A stretch of 39,327 nucleotides of DNA, taken from positions 1 through 39,327 of IMG/VR virus record IMGVR_UViG_3300045988_101759. The stretch is one strand, 5' to 3'. Positions 6,182 to 16,067 of this stretch are shown piece after piece. Position 1 is the stretch's first letter, and each line of letters starts with the position of its first letter. The DNA is from a virus. The notes beneath the pieces were generated by a model. The model saw nothing but the letters and a program-made list of their open reading frames with translations. It was not told where the DNA came from and did not search any database. Made by a program: the position numbers and the translations under genes.

Positions 6182-6182
6182 G

Positions 6183-7073
6183 TCACGCCTCCTGCGAGGT
6201 GTCGGCGGTGGCGTCCTTGGATTCCGCCGTATCGGCCTTCTCCGCCGTATCGGTCGTGGATTCCGTCGGAGTACCGGCCTTATCCTCGGTCTTATCCTCG
6301 GTCTTGTCATCGCCGGTCGCATCCGACACCTTGTCCTGCACCTGCTTGACCGCCTCATCGATGGCCGTCAACGCATCCGAAGCCTTCGACTCCACAGTAG
6401 CCTTCGACTCGCTGATACTATCGGCCACAGACTGCACCGCAACGGCATTCGCGGACACCTGCTGCACCGTATCAGCCACCTGCTGCGCCGACTGAGACGC
6501 CTGCACGCTCGACGCAGTGGAAGCATCAGACGCAGCCCGAGCCGCATTCGCGGCCTGAGCCGCCACAGCCGACTGATCCTCAACCACCGCGCGGGCGTTG
6601 GTCAGATCCTCAAGAATCTGCGACGCTACCGTCTTCGACGCGCTCTCCGAGTAAAACACCATCTGCCCCGGATTAGCAGCCGAAAGCATCTGAGCCTCCT
6701 CCAGACTGGAAGCCAACAAATAGGTCAACGCCGCACCGGAATTAAGCGCCGGAGCCAAAGTACTAGCGTCCACATCCACCAGGTCCGCGAATTCCACGGC
6801 CGTCTCACTGTCAGGCACGTCCACATAGCGTCGGAACTTCCACAAGTCCGTGTCTAATCCGATGGTGACCTCGTAACAAAAAGTGTTGTCGGTCGGTGGA
6901 ACCGTCACGGTCGCCTTGCCTTTCGTGCCAAGTGTGACTTCGAAGCCTTCCCGCACGACGATGCGTGAGTCGTTGCGGAAGCGTTCGGTTGGAATCACTC
7001 TCACGATGGCGTTGGACAGGTCGGCGATGCCGCCGATACTGAGTTTGCCGAAGTCGAAATTGATCTTGGTCAT
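6183..7073 (-). CDS. Tail fibre protein with Ala/Ser/Gln-rich coiled-coil and acidic KTEDK repeat tail
   Basis: ATG after TAAAGGAGG. 296 aa. The C-terminal half is low-complexity and helical. Confidence 0.65.
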   Translation of the reverse strand: MTKINFDFGKLSIGGIADLSNAIVRVIPTERFRNDSRIVVREGFEVTLGTKGKATVTVPPTDNTFCYEVTIGLDTDLWKFRRYVDVPDSETAVEFADLVDVDASTLAPALNSGAALTYLLASSLEEAQMLSAANPGQMVFYSESASKTVASQILEDLTNARAVVEDQSAVAAQAANAARAASDASTASSVQASQSAQQVADTVQQVSANAVAVQSVADSISESKATVESKASDALTAIDEAVKQVQDKVSDATGDDKTEDKTEDKAGTPTESTTDTAEKADTAESKDATADTSQEA

Positions 7074-7100
7074 CCGTGTCCTCCTTTAGAACAGTGGTTT

Positions 7101-7165
7101 GAAAAACGGGTGGAAAACCCACAGGTCGGAACGTTTCGCCGGAACAATGCCGACTGTGGGTTTTC
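7101..7165 (-). terminator. Long hairpin terminator in a 236-bp non-coding gap
   Basis: GAAAACCCACAGTCGG, about 18-nt loop, CCGACCTGTGGGTTTTC on the minus strand, with GTTTTTC just downstream. Confidence 0.6.
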
Positions 7166-7309
7166 ACAAGGTGAAAGGTAAGAAGAATGCTGTTGGAAAC
7201 GTTCGTGGATGATGTCTGGTGGCCGTCCTGCGCGAGGCTCCGCGAAAACGCTGTGCGATAATCCACTTTCCAATCGGCATTCACTTCGGTGAGGGGTACG
7301 GAATGCTAT

Positions 7310-8104
7310 TCAGGCGAGAATGTAGGTCATCGTCCCGGAGAACGTGCCGCTGTTCTGCGCCGCGCCACAATTGGCATAACGGAAATTGCCATTCGTTTCC
7401 AGAATGAAATCACGCTGGCTGCCACCATCACGCCCCGACCACGTGCCATGCGTGACGACCGCAGGCCTCCAACCCTCCGGAATTGTACCGAACTGTCCAC
7501 TGCCCCACGAGTCAGGGCTCGCGTTTTTCCAGTTGATGCTGATCTGCGCGATCTTGCCAGACTTCACGCCGGTCACGGTGCCATACTGCGATTTAATCAA
7601 AGTCTGGGTTACGGAATCCCACAAAGCCCCCCTCGGCGTGAACAGGCGTACCGGCGTTCCCACCGTGATGCCATCCAACGGGATACGCCAAAGCTTCTGA
7701 TAGGCGTTGGTCGCGCCGGACAATATCTTGCCGGACGGAACCGTAGGGTCGGCCGCGGCGGTCTCGTCCGGTGTGCCCTTCAACACGGTCAATTCCACCG
7801 TTTCGATGCCACTCGTGGAATCTCGATGGTAATGCGCGGCGATGATGTCGTTCCGCTTCATGCCCTGGGAGCCGTTCGCGATAGTCACGGTCTCCGCCGC
7901 CGTGATATGCCAGTCCAATCCTTGGATGGACGCGCAACCCGTGCCGATGGTCGCCTTGTTCGCACTGCCCATCGTGCATTTCAGCACGTCACCCCAATCG
8001 AACACCATATCAGACTTGCCGAATTTGGCCTGGTGGATGATCGCCTTGTCCTCGCTTGAGATGTGCGCGACTCCGGCTTTTCCGTCGACGAGTTCGATGG
8101 TCAA
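7310..8104 (-). CDS. Putative receptor-binding / baseplate protein (264 aa)
   Basis: It lies directly after the Gp37-like protein. Beta-rich, Gly/Thr/Ser-rich C-terminal part. The functional call rests on position. Confidence 0.5.
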   Translation of the reverse strand: MTIELVDGKAGVAHISSEDKAIIHQAKFGKSDMVFDWGDVLKCTMGSANKATIGTGCASIQGLDWHITAAETVTIANGSQGMKRNDIIAAHYHRDSTSGIETVELTVLKGTPDETAAADPTVPSGKILSGATNAYQKLWRIPLDGITVGTPVRLFTPRGALWDSVTQTLIKSQYGTVTGVKSGKIAQISINWKNASPDSWGSGQFGTIPEGWRPAVVTHGTWSGRDGGSQRDFILETNGNFRYANCGAAQNSGTFSGTMTYILA

Positions 8105-8111
8105 TTTTCCA

Positions 8112-9113
8112 TCACCTTCCTGATATTGTCTCCTTGACGACGCTCTGGCCCACCTCGCATGAGGCGGTCATGATGCCGTCTAAAATCTTGATGATGCGTT
8201 TGGTGACCTTCGCGGTCACGGTCAATCCGGTGTTGTGGTCGGAGGCGGTCACGATGTCGTCAACCTTGAGTCTTTCCCCGATGGATTCGGAGAGCGTCAC
8301 GTCCACCGTGCCGCCGGTCTGCAGTTCCTGCAGGTGTTTCATGGTGTTGTCGTCCAATGTCTTCTGTTCGGCGCAGCTGTAATCGTAGATTTCACAGACC
8401 TCGTCCACGCCGGTGAGCGTCTGCTTTCGCGAGACGTTGCCCCGCGCGTCCGCGTACCATTCGCTGACATACCGGTTTTTGAGGTCCTGCTCGCCGAGGC
8501 CGATGAGATGGTTGACGGTCCGGTGCTTGGTCTCGGCCCTGAAGTCCACGAGGTCGGAGTCGACGGTGTTGCCGATGGTCTCCACCGGTGCGATGCCGAG
8601 CAGGATCCGGTTGTCCCTGGCGTTGATGTCGAGGCGTCTGCCGCATGATGCGAGCAGATTCCGCAGTCCGGTGTAGGCGTCCACGTAGCGCGGATCCTTG
8701 AAGACCCAATTGGTGACGGTGCTTTGGTCGTCGGAATCGACTGTGAGCACGGAATCCAGGCCGATGCGCCGCACGAGGTTCCTGACGACTTCCGGCAGTT
8801 TGCCGGACATGGTGAGGTAGTCCTGCCCGCTGTCCGGTCTGATGATCTTCGAGACGAGCAGTCCGGTCCATGTGCGTCCGAGCCATGTCACCTCGGACGC
8901 GCCTGACGTGACGGTGGTGCGCATGTCGTCGATGCGGCCGCCTATCTCGGTGCCGTCGACCCACCACCACCAGCCGCGTGCCGGCGTCGGCGCCGGATCG
9001 GCGATGGCCAGCTCGAAATCGTTTTCGTCGGTGCCGGACGCCCAATCGAGCGTCACGTCGGAGACGCTGCCGCGCGGAATCAGCTTGGTGTCGGCTAGGA
9101 TAATGTCGACCAT
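8112..9113 (-). CDS. Siphovirus Gp37-like tail/baseplate protein (333 aa)
   Basis: ATG MVDIILADTK after a GGAGG SD. The motif DWASGTDENDFEL...WWWWVDGTEIGGRIDD is typical of prophage-tail Gp37-like N-terminal regions (recognised by eye). Confidence 0.65.
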   Translation of the reverse strand: MVDIILADTKLIPRGSVSDVTLDWASGTDENDFELAIADPAPTPARGWWWWVDGTEIGGRIDDMRTTVTSGASEVTWLGRTWTGLLVSKIIRPDSGQDYLTMSGKLPEVVRNLVRRIGLDSVLTVDSDDQSTVTNWVFKDPRYVDAYTGLRNLLASCGRRLDINARDNRILLGIAPVETIGNTVDSDLVDFRAETKHRTVNHLIGLGEQDLKNRYVSEWYADARGNVSRKQTLTGVDEVCEIYDYSCAEQKTLDDNTMKHLQELQTGGTVDVTLSESIGERLKVDDIVTASDHNTGLTVTAKVTKRIIKILDGIMTASCEVGQSVVKETISGR

Positions 9114-9937
9114 GGCACGCCTCCGGACTGCTGGTAGAGGGTCAAATCGATGCCGAAGTTGGCGGAGATCTCCAAAAGCCTGGATCCCGCCGGTATCGGT
9201 TCGAAAATGTATTTTCCGCCGCCGGCCCCATTGCCGCGCTGGCCGTGGGCGAAGATGTCGGTGATGTCGCCGTTGGTCGCGACGAGCTTGATGCTCTTGT
9301 CCAATCCGGTGGCCGACAGTGCGATGTATCCGCCTGATGGGATGGTCACGTCCGAGATCTCGTACCGGTTGCTCCCGATGGTGAAGGACGGATTGGAGCA
9401 CGGTCCGAAGATCGTCGCAGCGAATTCCGCGGGCTGGACTCCTGGATTGGAGACGAGCATCGCGATCTTGGACGTGCCGAGGTCGGTGGGCAGGTCGGTG
9501 GGCAGGTCGAGCTGACCTCCGGTGCCGGCCGCCATGGGGAAGAAATGCTGTGTCGGCAATGCCTTGCGCCACACGCCGTCACACAGGACCACGGTGCAGT
9601 CGAGCTGCGCGTAGTCCGGCATCGGCAGCATGCCGAGGCTGGATGCGACAACGTAGGCGCGCTGCGTCCATTCGCCGTTGACGGTGATCCTTCCTGGCCG
9701 CTGCGCCTGCATGTCCATGTCGAACAGGGCGCACGCGTCGTCCAGGAGCGTCGGCTGTTTGGTGCGGATGGTCATCTTGGAGGTGATGGCCGACCGGCTC
9801 ACGCCCTTGATTCCACGGGCGGCCAGAGTGTAGGTCCACGCGTTCGCGCGCATGTCCTGCAAGTCGGCCACCCACAATCCGTCCCCGTCGAGGTCGATGG
9901 TCCGGCCGTCGTGGGCGCGGTAGCTAAGCTCTCGCAT
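9095..9937 (-). CDS. Distal tail protein (Dit)
   Basis: 280 aa, immediately after the tape measure gene, with an overlapping start. The call rests on size and position. Confidence 0.7.
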   Translation of the reverse strand: MRELSYRAHDGRTIDLDGDGLWVADLQDMRANAWTYTLAARGIKGVSRSAITSKMTIRTKQPTLLDDACALFDMDMQAQRPGRITVNGEWTQRAYVVASSLGMLPMPDYAQLDCTVVLCDGVWRKALPTQHFFPMAAGTGGQLDLPTDLPTDLGTSKIAMLVSNPGVQPAEFAATIFGPCSNPSFTIGSNRYEISDVTIPSGGYIALSATGLDKSIKLVATNGDITDIFAHGQRGNGAGGGKYIFEPIPAGSRLLEISANFGIDLTLYQQSGGVPWSTLS

Positions 9938-12900
9938 ATTTTCGGATCATCCTCCCCAGGTCTCGGTCGCTGATGGCCGACACGTCGGACGCGGCGCTGA
10001 TGATCGCGCCGAGGTCGTTGTGCAGGCTGGTGATCGCGGAGACGACGGCGCCCGTGTCCACCATCACGTTGACGTCCGGCAGGTTCCGGCTTGTCGAGAA
10101 CGCTTCGCGGGGGATTTTCCGTTCGTTGAGCAGGCGCATGTTCTCCACGCCGTAATAGGTCGTGGCAGCGGCGTTTTGGACGTATTCGCCGCTAGCGAGA
10201 CGTGCGTTGAGCAATTGCACGCTATCGCTAAGCGAATTGCCGGCCGCCCATGCTGGGTCGACGTAGCCGGTGAACATGCCACCTCCGGCGAAATGCTGGA
10301 AGGTGCCGTCGGTGAACATGCCACCTGTGTAGCCACCCTCCTTCTTCGTCTTCTCCGTGACGGTGAAGGTTTTGTCCGCGATTTTGAAGTTGTTGATGGA
10401 CTGGAGCACCGGAGTCGCCTGGTCGTTGACCGAGGCGGTGCTCTTCTTGTCGGTCAGCCTCTTGCGGTTGACCGCATCCACCTTCGATGACGCCTTGTCG
10501 GTCGAATCAAGCGTGTTGCGCTTGTTCGCCAGCTTACGCGAATTCGCGCGGGCGACTATCTGCGACGCGAGATCGTTTGATGTCAGGGTGTTGCGCTTGT
10601 TGGTCAGCTTCTTCGCGTTGGCCGCGTTGACCTTCGGCGACGCGTTGTCTTTGGCGTCGAGCTTGGCCGTGGCCTTCTTGCCGTTGAGCTTGCCAACGTT
10701 TGATGAGGCGGTCTTGGCCTTCTTCGATGCCTTGTCGGTCGCATCGATGGTGCCTTTGACGTGCTTCTTGCCGAAGTCGTCCATCATCTTCTGCGCCTTC
10801 TTGGCGCTGGCCGTGGCCTTCTTATCGTCGGCCTCGAGCTTGGCTTTCGCGATCTTCTTGTTGAATTTGTCGAGGTTGGTCTCGGCGCTCTTGGTCTTTT
10901 TCTTGGCCTTGGAGTCGTCCACGTCGAGTTTCGGATGGTTGCCTTCCGAGGTCTTCTTGATGTTGTCGATCGCGGCCTTGATGCTCTCGGAGCTCAGACC
11001 CCAACGGTCGGCGAGGTCGTTGGCTGCCTGCTCCCCCATTCCCGACGCTTCGGCCTGTTTGATGAGGGCTTCGCGGGCGTCGGCGAGCACGCCTTTCGCG
11101 CGGTCGATCTCGCCATTCGTAAAGTTGGTGTTCTCGCCTTGCTTGAGGATTTTCTCGGCGGCGTTCTGCGCGCTGCTGGCGATGTCCTCGAGAGCCTGCT
11201 TGGTCTTGGTGCCCTTCTCCGAAAAGCGATCCAAAAGGTCGCCGTTCTGATTGAAGACGACGCCATTGTCCTTGCAGGTGTCCGACAGCTGGCCGATTTT
11301 TTGATTGAGCTGATCCACGGCCTCGTCGGCGGTGAGGTTATTGGATTCCAGGCCGAAGAGCGATTTGACGAGTCCGTCGATTTCCTCGGCCGCGTCCTTG
11401 GCGCTGCTTCCGAGGTCCTTGTTCGCGTTGGCGGCATCCTTCGCGGCGGCGGCAGACTTGCCGTCAGCATCTACCGCGTTCTTGGCTGCCTTGCTTTTCT
11501 CATTGGCCTTCTTGGAAGCATCATCGTAGGCCTTTGATTCCTCTTTCAGGGCTTTCTTGATGGCGGATGCCGCAGTTGCGCCAGGGCCGGGCTTGTCGAT
11601 TTCCTTGATCTGCTTGTTGACGCGCTTCAAGGCGGCTTCGTTGCCCATGGCGGCGCTGGTCATGTCGGTCAGGCTGATACCCGCCTTGTCAAGCCATGTG
11701 GTCAACTTGACGCCGCCACTGCTCATATCCTGATAGGCTCCGGCGATTTCGGACGCGACATCCGAACCGGACTCCAGGGCGCTTTCCAGCTGCTCGGATG
11801 CCGCCTTAGCCTTCTGCTGCTGAGAAACAAAAGCCGATAACGCCACGCCGGCCACCGTCAGCGCGATGCCCCACGGTCCACCGAGCAAACTCATCACACT
11901 GCTGCCGACAGCCTTGAAACCAGCGGTCTTCAGTTCGGCTCTGCTGGCGCTCGTGCCGAAAGCCTCCATCTGCTCGGAAGCGCTCATGGAAGACGCCTTG
12001 AACATTTGGAAAGCGGTCTGCGCGGAAGCCAATGCGGTCTTGACCCTCTGGATCGGGTCGACGGCCAATCCGATATTGTTGGCCATCGTGCTGGTGCTGC
12101 CGTTGAGATTGCCTGCGGCCTTGTGGACGCCGCCGAGCACACCGCTGAGAGCGGCCATGACGATGATGGTCTGCTGCGCGCCGGCCGGAAGGCTGGCGAA
12201 GGAGTCCACGAGGGTGTCAAGCCCCTGGACGAGTTTGCGCAGTGGCCCTTGCGCGCCTTCGCCGATGGAGATCATGAGCGATTCCATGCTGCCGGAGAGG
12301 TTTTCGAGGTCGCCTTTGAGGTTGTTGTTCTTTGCCGCTGCCTGTTCGGCTGCGTATCCGCTTTCGGATACCGCCTTGGTCCAGTTCCTGACGCCTTTCT
12401 CTCCGGCGTCGTAGAGGTAGTTGGCGGCCTTGATGGCGTAGCTGCCGAAAATTGTCGCATTCGCCTGGTTGCGCTGTTCCTGCGTGAGGTTTTTCTCGGC
12501 TTTTTGCAGCTGTCCGGCGAAGTTGGCCATACCGACGAAGTTGCCGGAAGCGTCGTATGCGCTGATGCCGAGCTCCTTCATGGTGGCTGCCGCGTCGTTG
12601 GATGGCGCGGCGAGCTTCATGAGCATGCTGTTCAATTGTGTGCCGGCTTCGGCGCCGATGGTGCCGTTCTGGGCGAAGAGGCTGAGGACGCCGGTGGTCT
12701 CCTGGATGCTCATGCCGAAGCTATTGGCCTGCGCGCCGCAGTTGTTGAGCGCTTCTCCAAAGTCGCTGACGTTGCCGACTGCCTTGCCAGCGCCAGCGGC
12801 GAGCGTGTCGGCGACCTGCGAAGCCTGGCTGCCGGACAAGTGGAACATCGACAATGCGTTAGCCATGTATTCCGCGGCGTCGCCCACGGCCATGCCGTCC

Positions 12901-13343
12901 GAGGCGGCGAGGTTGAGGGCCCCTGTCAGGCCGCCGGAGAGTATGTCGGTGACGCTCATGCCGGCCTTGCCGAGGTCGTTGATCGCGTCGGCTGATTCGC
13001 TGGCGGAGTAGACGGTGCTTGCGCCTGCTTCGATGGCGGCTTGGCGGAGTTGGTCGAGTTCAGCTCCGGTGGCTCCGGTGTTGGCCTGCACGGTGCTCAT
13101 CTGCTGGTCGAAGTCGGCTGCCATCTTGATGGATGCGACGCCGAAAGCGGCGGCGGCGAGTCCGGCGGCGGTGAGGCCGCTGGTGATGAGCGCGCTCTTG
13201 CGGCCGGTGTTCTCCATGCCGGACGCGACGCTTCGCGCGGTCGATCCGGCACGGGTCATAGCCGCCTCATAGGAGGCGGTGTCGGCCATCAGCCGGATGA
13301 CGATGTTCTTGTTCTCAGCCAAAGCATCCTCCAAAAATGTCAA
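9924..13343 (-). CDS. Tail tape measure protein
   Basis: 1139 aa. It has Ala/Gly-rich TM-like segments, a long Lys/Ala-rich repeat region, and follows the G/GT genes. The start is uncertain: TTG at 13343, or TTG 24 nt downstream after GGAGGA. Confidence 0.92.
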   Translation of the reverse strand: MTFLEDALAENKNIVIRLMADTASYEAAMTRAGSTARSVASGMENTGRKSALITSGLTAAGLAAAAFGVASIKMAADFDQQMSTVQANTGATGAELDQLRQAAIEAGASTVYSASESADAINDLGKAGMSVTDILSGGLTGALNLAASDGMAVGDAAEYMANALSMFHLSGSQASQVADTLAAGAGKAVGNVSDFGEALNNCGAQANSFGMSIQETTGVLSLFAQNGTIGAEAGTQLNSMLMKLAAPSNDAAATMKELGISAYDASGNFVGMANFAGQLQKAEKNLTQEQRNQANATIFGSYAIKAANYLYDAGEKGVRNWTKAVSESGYAAEQAAAKNNNLKGDLENLSGSMESLMISIGEGAQGPLRKLVQGLDTLVDSFASLPAGAQQTIIVMAALSGVLGGVHKAAGNLNGSTSTMANNIGLAVDPIQRVKTALASAQTAFQMFKASSMSASEQMEAFGTSASRAELKTAGFKAVGSSVMSLLGGPWGIALTVAGVALSAFVSQQQKAKAASEQLESALESGSDVASEIAGAYQDMSSGGVKLTTWLDKAGISLTDMTSAAMGNEAALKRVNKQIKEIDKPGPGATAASAIKKALKEESKAYDDASKKANEKSKAAKNAVDADGKSAAAAKDAANANKDLGSSAKDAAEEIDGLVKSLFGLESNNLTADEAVDQLNQKIGQLSDTCKDNGVVFNQNGDLLDRFSEKGTKTKQALEDIASSAQNAAEKILKQGENTNFTNGEIDRAKGVLADAREALIKQAEASGMGEQAANDLADRWGLSSESIKAAIDNIKKTSEGNHPKLDVDDSKAKKKTKSAETNLDKFNKKIAKAKLEADDKKATASAKKAQKMMDDFGKKHVKGTIDATDKASKKAKTASSNVGKLNGKKATAKLDAKDNASPKVNAANAKKLTNKRNTLTSNDLASQIVARANSRKLANKRNTLDSTDKASSKVDAVNRKRLTDKKSTASVNDQATPVLQSINNFKIADKTFTVTEKTKKEGGYTGGMFTDGTFQHFAGGGMFTGYVDPAWAAGNSLSDSVQLLNARLASGEYVQNAAATTYYGVENMRLLNERKIPREAFSTSRNLPDVNVMVDTGAVVSAITSLHNDLGAIISAASDVSAISDRDLGRMIRKYARA

Positions 13344-14175
13344 CAGGTCAGGTGCGCGGTCAACGCGTTCGCGGCCGGATTGTCCCTGCCATTCGCATCA
13401 GTCCACCGTTTCATGGCCTGCTGCATGTGCGCGGTGGCCCAGCAGACGCTGGTTTCGGCATGCAATGTAAGTTCGGCCTTCGGGTCTTGGCAGATCGAGC
13501 GCGGCAAGCCACACAATGGGCACAACGAACGTTCGTATTCCGCCAACGAGCGCATCCAATTACGCTCCGTCTCATCCCATTCGACCTCATCACCCCTGCT
13601 CGGCCGCCAGCCCATGAAACGTTTGTAGCTGATGCCGAGCTGGCGGCAGATCTTAAGATCCTCAACTAGCTGCGGAGAACCTGCGAGGCGAGGTCGAATG
13701 CCGCTTTTGGGTCCGCTGCGGTGCCGTTCAGTTCGGCGATGGCCTGCCAGAGCGGCGTGAACTGGCCATCGGTGAGTTCGTCGAACAATGCGCGGAACGC
13801 CTGTTCGGTCTTGTCCTCGTCGGCCACCGGCTTGCCGCCGATGGTCGCGGAATCAAGCATGAGCGGCAATGCCGCGGCTGCGGTGCCGAACATGTCGTTC
13901 GTGCCGTTCTCATTGCGGTGCGCGGCCAACACCTGCGCCCACTTGCTCACCGGCAATGCCCGCAACGTGAGCTTCAATGTCTCCGCATCCGCCTGTTCGC
14001 GTAGCTCTTCGATGCGCCGCGCGGTGGCCTTCGCCTGCCGGTTCGTGCCAGCCTCCGTAATCTGTTCGCGCGTGGCCTCCTCGGCCAGCGCATCACCCAA
14101 TCTGGCGATGTCCTCAGCGATCTGCTGGTTGAGGATGATGTCGACCTCACGCGTGCGCCTGGTGACTTTAAGCAT
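13340..14175 (-). CDS. Tail assembly chaperone GT (-1 frameshift fusion product)
   Basis: The -1 frame is open from before the slip site to the stop at 13340. The predicted fusion is about 278 aa. Confidence 0.65.
13666..14175 (-). CDS. Tail assembly chaperone G
   Basis: 169 aa, acidic and helical, located between the major tail gene and the tape measure gene. Confidence 0.8.
   Translation of the reverse strand: MLKVTRRTREVDIILNQQIAEDIARLGDALAEEATREQITEAGTNRQAKATARRIEELREQADAETLKLTLRALPVSKWAQVLAAHRNENGTNDMFGTAAAALPLMLDSATIGGKPVADEDKTEQAFRALFDELTDGQFTPLWQAIAELNGTAADPKAAFDLASQVLRS
13705..13711 (-). other. Slippery heptamer C CCA AAA for the -1 frameshift
   Basis: The zero-frame codons are gac cca aaa gcg, 12 codons before the G stop. 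This is the canonical X XXY YYZ pattern. Confidence 0.65.
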
Positions 14176-14276
14176 ATGTGTTCCTTCGCTTCAAGATTCA
14201 TGTTCCTTTACTGGGAAAGAGAAAAAAGAGTGTCCCGCACCGGCGAAAGGAACAAAGTCCGACGCGGGAAGAATTG

Positions 14277-14795
14277 TCAGGAGACCTTCACGTTCTCCGC
14301 CCAGCCGGGCGCCTTGATGGTGAAGTTGACCTTGGAGCGCAGCACCGTGTTGGCGGCGATCGCGTCCTTGGCACTCATGCCGATGCGGACGGCGTAGATG
14401 TTGACCACGTCGCCGGCCACGAAAGTGGAATCGGTGTCCTTGCCATATCGACGGACAAAATAGCCTTCCGCGCCTTCCTTGAGCGTTTCCATTGCGGTGT
14501 TCTGGTTGGCGTGCTCAGTGTTGGTGTTGTCGATGACCTCGACGGACGGGCCGGAGATCTTCTTGCGCCCCGGGTTTTCGTAGTCCATGGACGAGTTCTC
14601 GCGCTGGTCACTGATCGTGTCCTGGCTTGGAGAGCAGGACCAGCCGCCCAGTGTCACATAATTCGACAGGTCGGTGCCGGCGCCGATCTCGGCGGCGGTC
14701 GGCTTGTTGATGTTCTTGATGGACGGCACCCAGATTGTGTTGACCTTGCCGTCGGCGGGGGTGGATGGAATCTCCACGCCTAGATTGAGGACCAT
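14277..14795 (-). CDS. Major tail protein
   Basis: 172 aa, located upstream of the chaperone genes. ATG after TTAAGGAGCGAAT. Confidence 0.75.
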   Translation of the reverse strand: MVLNLGVEIPSTPADGKVNTIWVPSIKNINKPTAAEIGAGTDLSNYVTLGGWSCSPSQDTISDQRENSSMDYENPGRKKISGPSVEVIDNTNTEHANQNTAMETLKEGAEGYFVRRYGKDTDSTFVAGDVVNIYAVRIGMSAKDAIAANTVLRSKVNFTIKAPGWAENVKVS

Positions 14796-14863
14796 ATTCG
14801 CTCCTTAAGACGAAACCCCTCGCGGCTAATGCCGCAAGAGGTTGGAAACATTGGTTTTAGCGG

Positions 14864-15280
14864 TCACATGCGTGACCAGTTGAATTTGAAAGTGAGCAAC
14901 CTGCATTGGTAGAGCAGTGACGTGTCTTCGGCGGTGAGTCCGGCGGCGTAGGCGCCGGAGTCGGAGAAGAGGGTGAGACAGCCGGTGTCGAAGCCTTGCG
15001 CCACGAAACGCTTTCCGGTCAGACCGGGGACCATGAGATCGTCGGCGATGACGTTGACGGAATCCGCGGTGGTGCTGACGATACGCACCTGCAGTGTTCC
15101 AATGCCGCAATGAGGGCGTTGCGTCTCTCCGACGATGTGACCGTTGGTGGTCACCGTCTCGATCACCCACGGTGGCTTGTCGGTCGGCTTCGGCGCAGTC
15201 TGCCGGTACACGGCCCAACCTTTTGCTGGCTGTGGGACATGGTCGAGGATCGTGTTCGATAAGGTCATTATCGACTGCAT
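14864..15280 (-). CDS. Tail terminator / tail completion protein (by position)
   Basis: 138 aa. Its start overlaps the stop of the upstream gene (TGATG). Confidence 0.5.
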   Translation of the reverse strand: MQSIMTLSNTILDHVPQPAKGWAVYRQTAPKPTDKPPWVIETVTTNGHIVGETQRPHCGIGTLQVRIVSTTADSVNVIADDLMVPGLTGKRFVAQGFDTGCLTLFSDSGAYAAGLTAEDTSLLYQCRLLTFKFNWSRM

Positions 15281-15657
15281 CAGAATCCCTCCACGGCCGC
15301 ACGCGCCACGTACTCCGCGAGCTTCGGAAGCTCTTCCTCGCCATGCTCGTAGAACCGGTGCGTGCCGCCGCCACGCGCGGTGCCGAAGAAGGCGATGTTG
15401 GCGAGGCTGCCGGCGCCACCCTTCGACGGGCCGATCTCGGCTGTGATGCGTCCCGGCGCTTCCTTCACCTCGTAGGTGATAGGGATGCGTCGGAATGCCT
15501 TGTTGCCGGAGCTGGCGAGGTCTTCGCGGATGTCGTTCTTGACGTTCTGCGCGCCTTTCTTCACGGCCATGGTGATGGCCGCGCGGCGGGCGACGCCTTT
15601 GGCGAGCAGCTTGTCGGCGAAGGCCGTCAACTGCGAAGCGTCGAACAGTCCACTCAT
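15280..15657 (-). CDS. HK97 gp10-like head-tail joining protein
   Basis: ATG MSGLFDASQL after GAAGGAGGA. 125 aa. The call rests on a family-like pattern and on position. Confidence 0.55.
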   Translation of the reverse strand: MSGLFDASQLTAFADKLLAKGVARRAAITMAVKKGAQNVKNDIREDLASSGNKAFRRIPITYEVKEAPGRITAEIGPSKGGAGSLANIAFFGTARGGGTHRFYEHGEEELPKLAEYVARAAVEGF

Positions 15658-16067
15658 GCGTCCTCCTTCACATTCCAACGGCAGGCGGTGGCGTGCGTCT
15701 TCTCGCTTTGAGGCGAGACGAGCCTGAGCCGCCTGCCGACGAGCAGCGGATTCGCGGAGTCCGTGACTTCCACCACGTCACCGGCGCGAATGCCTGGAGT
15801 GCCGTATGGAAAATGCACGTACAAAGACCAGACCAACGAGACGGCGCCCATGGCCTGCGCCGCACTACCCTCCGTCTGCTCGCTGGCGAGACCGCCCGAG
15901 GTCTGCACCTTGCACTTGCCCTGGTACACCTGCTCCGTGCCGGTTTTCGGCAGTCCCGTGTCCGGATCCGTGGTGGACTCGTCTGGGCGGGTTACCGTGC
16001 ATTGGTCGGTCATGAGGCCTTCCGCGTCACGGCGGGCCTTGGAGAGGAATGATGCGCTGATTCTCAT
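15654..16067 (-). CDS. Head closure / head-tail adaptor protein
   Basis: 137 aa, ATGA-coupled to the upstream gene. The long Arg-rich extension in the ORF track is rejected. Confidence 0.5.
   Translation of the reverse strand: MRISASFLSKARRDAEGLMTDQCTVTRPDESTTDPDTGLPKTGTEQVYQGKCKVQTSGGLASEQTEGSAAQAMGAVSLVWSLYVHFPYGTPGIRAGDVVEVTDSANPLLVGRRLRLVSPQSEKTHATACRWNVKEDA

Noticed and set aside
5273-6358. N-terminal extensions of several ORF-track entries. Examples are 5273-6358, 8112-9572, 15654-16511, 23724-24371, 26901-27407, 27453-27878 and 30915-32450.
   Set aside because: The extensions are Arg/Pro-rich, overlap the preceding gene in another frame, and lack an RBS. Internal starts with SD sequences and stop-start coupling fit the operon structure better.
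14217-14268. A terminator-like imperfect hairpin after the major tail protein gene: CCCGCGTCGG...CCGGTGCGGG followed by a T-rich run on the minus strand.
   Set aside because: The stem has an internal 2-nt mismatch, and the chaperone genes downstream must still be transcribed. It may be a partial attenuator, but the evidence is too weak to call.
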